DNA of 63,619 bases, counting the filler, from Octopus bimaculoides (Eukaryota), in the NCBI RefSeq assembly GCF_001194135.2. It is 4 parts of 3 records of this genome, joined end to end, with 100 filler letters (N's around TTAATTAATTAA, not from the genome) between each part and the next. Parts side by side here need not be neighbours in the genome. Positions count along the whole stretch, not along the records: positions 45,586 to 63,619 come from NC_068989.1; 3 more parts are not named here. One strand, written 5' to 3'. Positions 63,295 through 63,619 of the stretch are shown here, one piece after another. Made by a program: the position numbers and the translations under genes. The stretch's first letter is position 1; each line of letters begins with the position of its first letter. Below the pieces are notes generated by a model, which worked only from the letters and a program-made list of their open reading frames with translations, was not told where the DNA came from and ran no database searches.

Positions 63295-63616
63295 ACTGTG
63301 ATTATGTAGTAAGAAGCTTGCTTCCCAATCACATGGTTCTGGATTCAGTCCCACTGCGTGACACCTAGGGCAAGTGTCTTCTACTATAGGCTCAAGCCGA
63401 CCAAAGCCTTGTGAGGAGATTTGGTAGACGGAAACGGAAAGAAGCCCGTCGTATATATATATATGGGGGGGGTGATTTGTGTCTGTGCTTGTCTCCCCAG
63501 CATTGCTTGTACTAGGCTTACAAAGAATAAGCCGTTGGGTCGATTTGCTAGACTAAAGGCGGTGCTCCAGCATGGCCACAGTCAAATGACTGAAGCAAGT
63601 AAAAGAATAAAAGAAT
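63295..63616 (+). mobile_element. SINE-B near full-length copy
   Basis: Head GGTTCTGGATTCAGTCCCACTGCG, internal microsatellite and AAAAGAATAAAAGAAT tail. Confidence 0.85.
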
Positions 63617-63619
63617 ATA

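Overview
This is an AT-rich animal draft scaffold with more than 20 N-gaps. It is saturated with microsatellites and transposon debris, and the repeat families look cephalopod (octopus-like); that assignment is an inference, not a database result. Only one host coding exon is convincing: the first coding exon (23878-24230, +) of a membrane-anchored, NADP(H)-type short-chain dehydrogenase of the RDH11/12/13/14 group. It sits behind a well-spaced TATA box and initiator. No second exon is visible in the readable sequence. The rest is mobile DNA: three tRNA-headed SINE families, R4/Dong-type LINE relics tied to (AAT)n, RTE and Penelope relics, a full-length degenerate Tc1 (IR/DR, DD34E), a full-length maT (DD37D), pogo/Tigger relics, hAT MITEs and Helitron relics, one with four 23-aa STPR-like repeats. 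Most ORFs in the supplied track are microsatellite or N-gap artefacts. The most interesting signal is several minimal type I hammerhead-ribozyme motifs from unrelated repeat families (16205-16298, 17341-17358, 21588-21720, 27400-27430). One pair lies in a 135-bp inverted repeat and reconstructs to a hammerhead with the rare G3-C8 core swap. None has been tested for activity, and every copy carries decay mutations.
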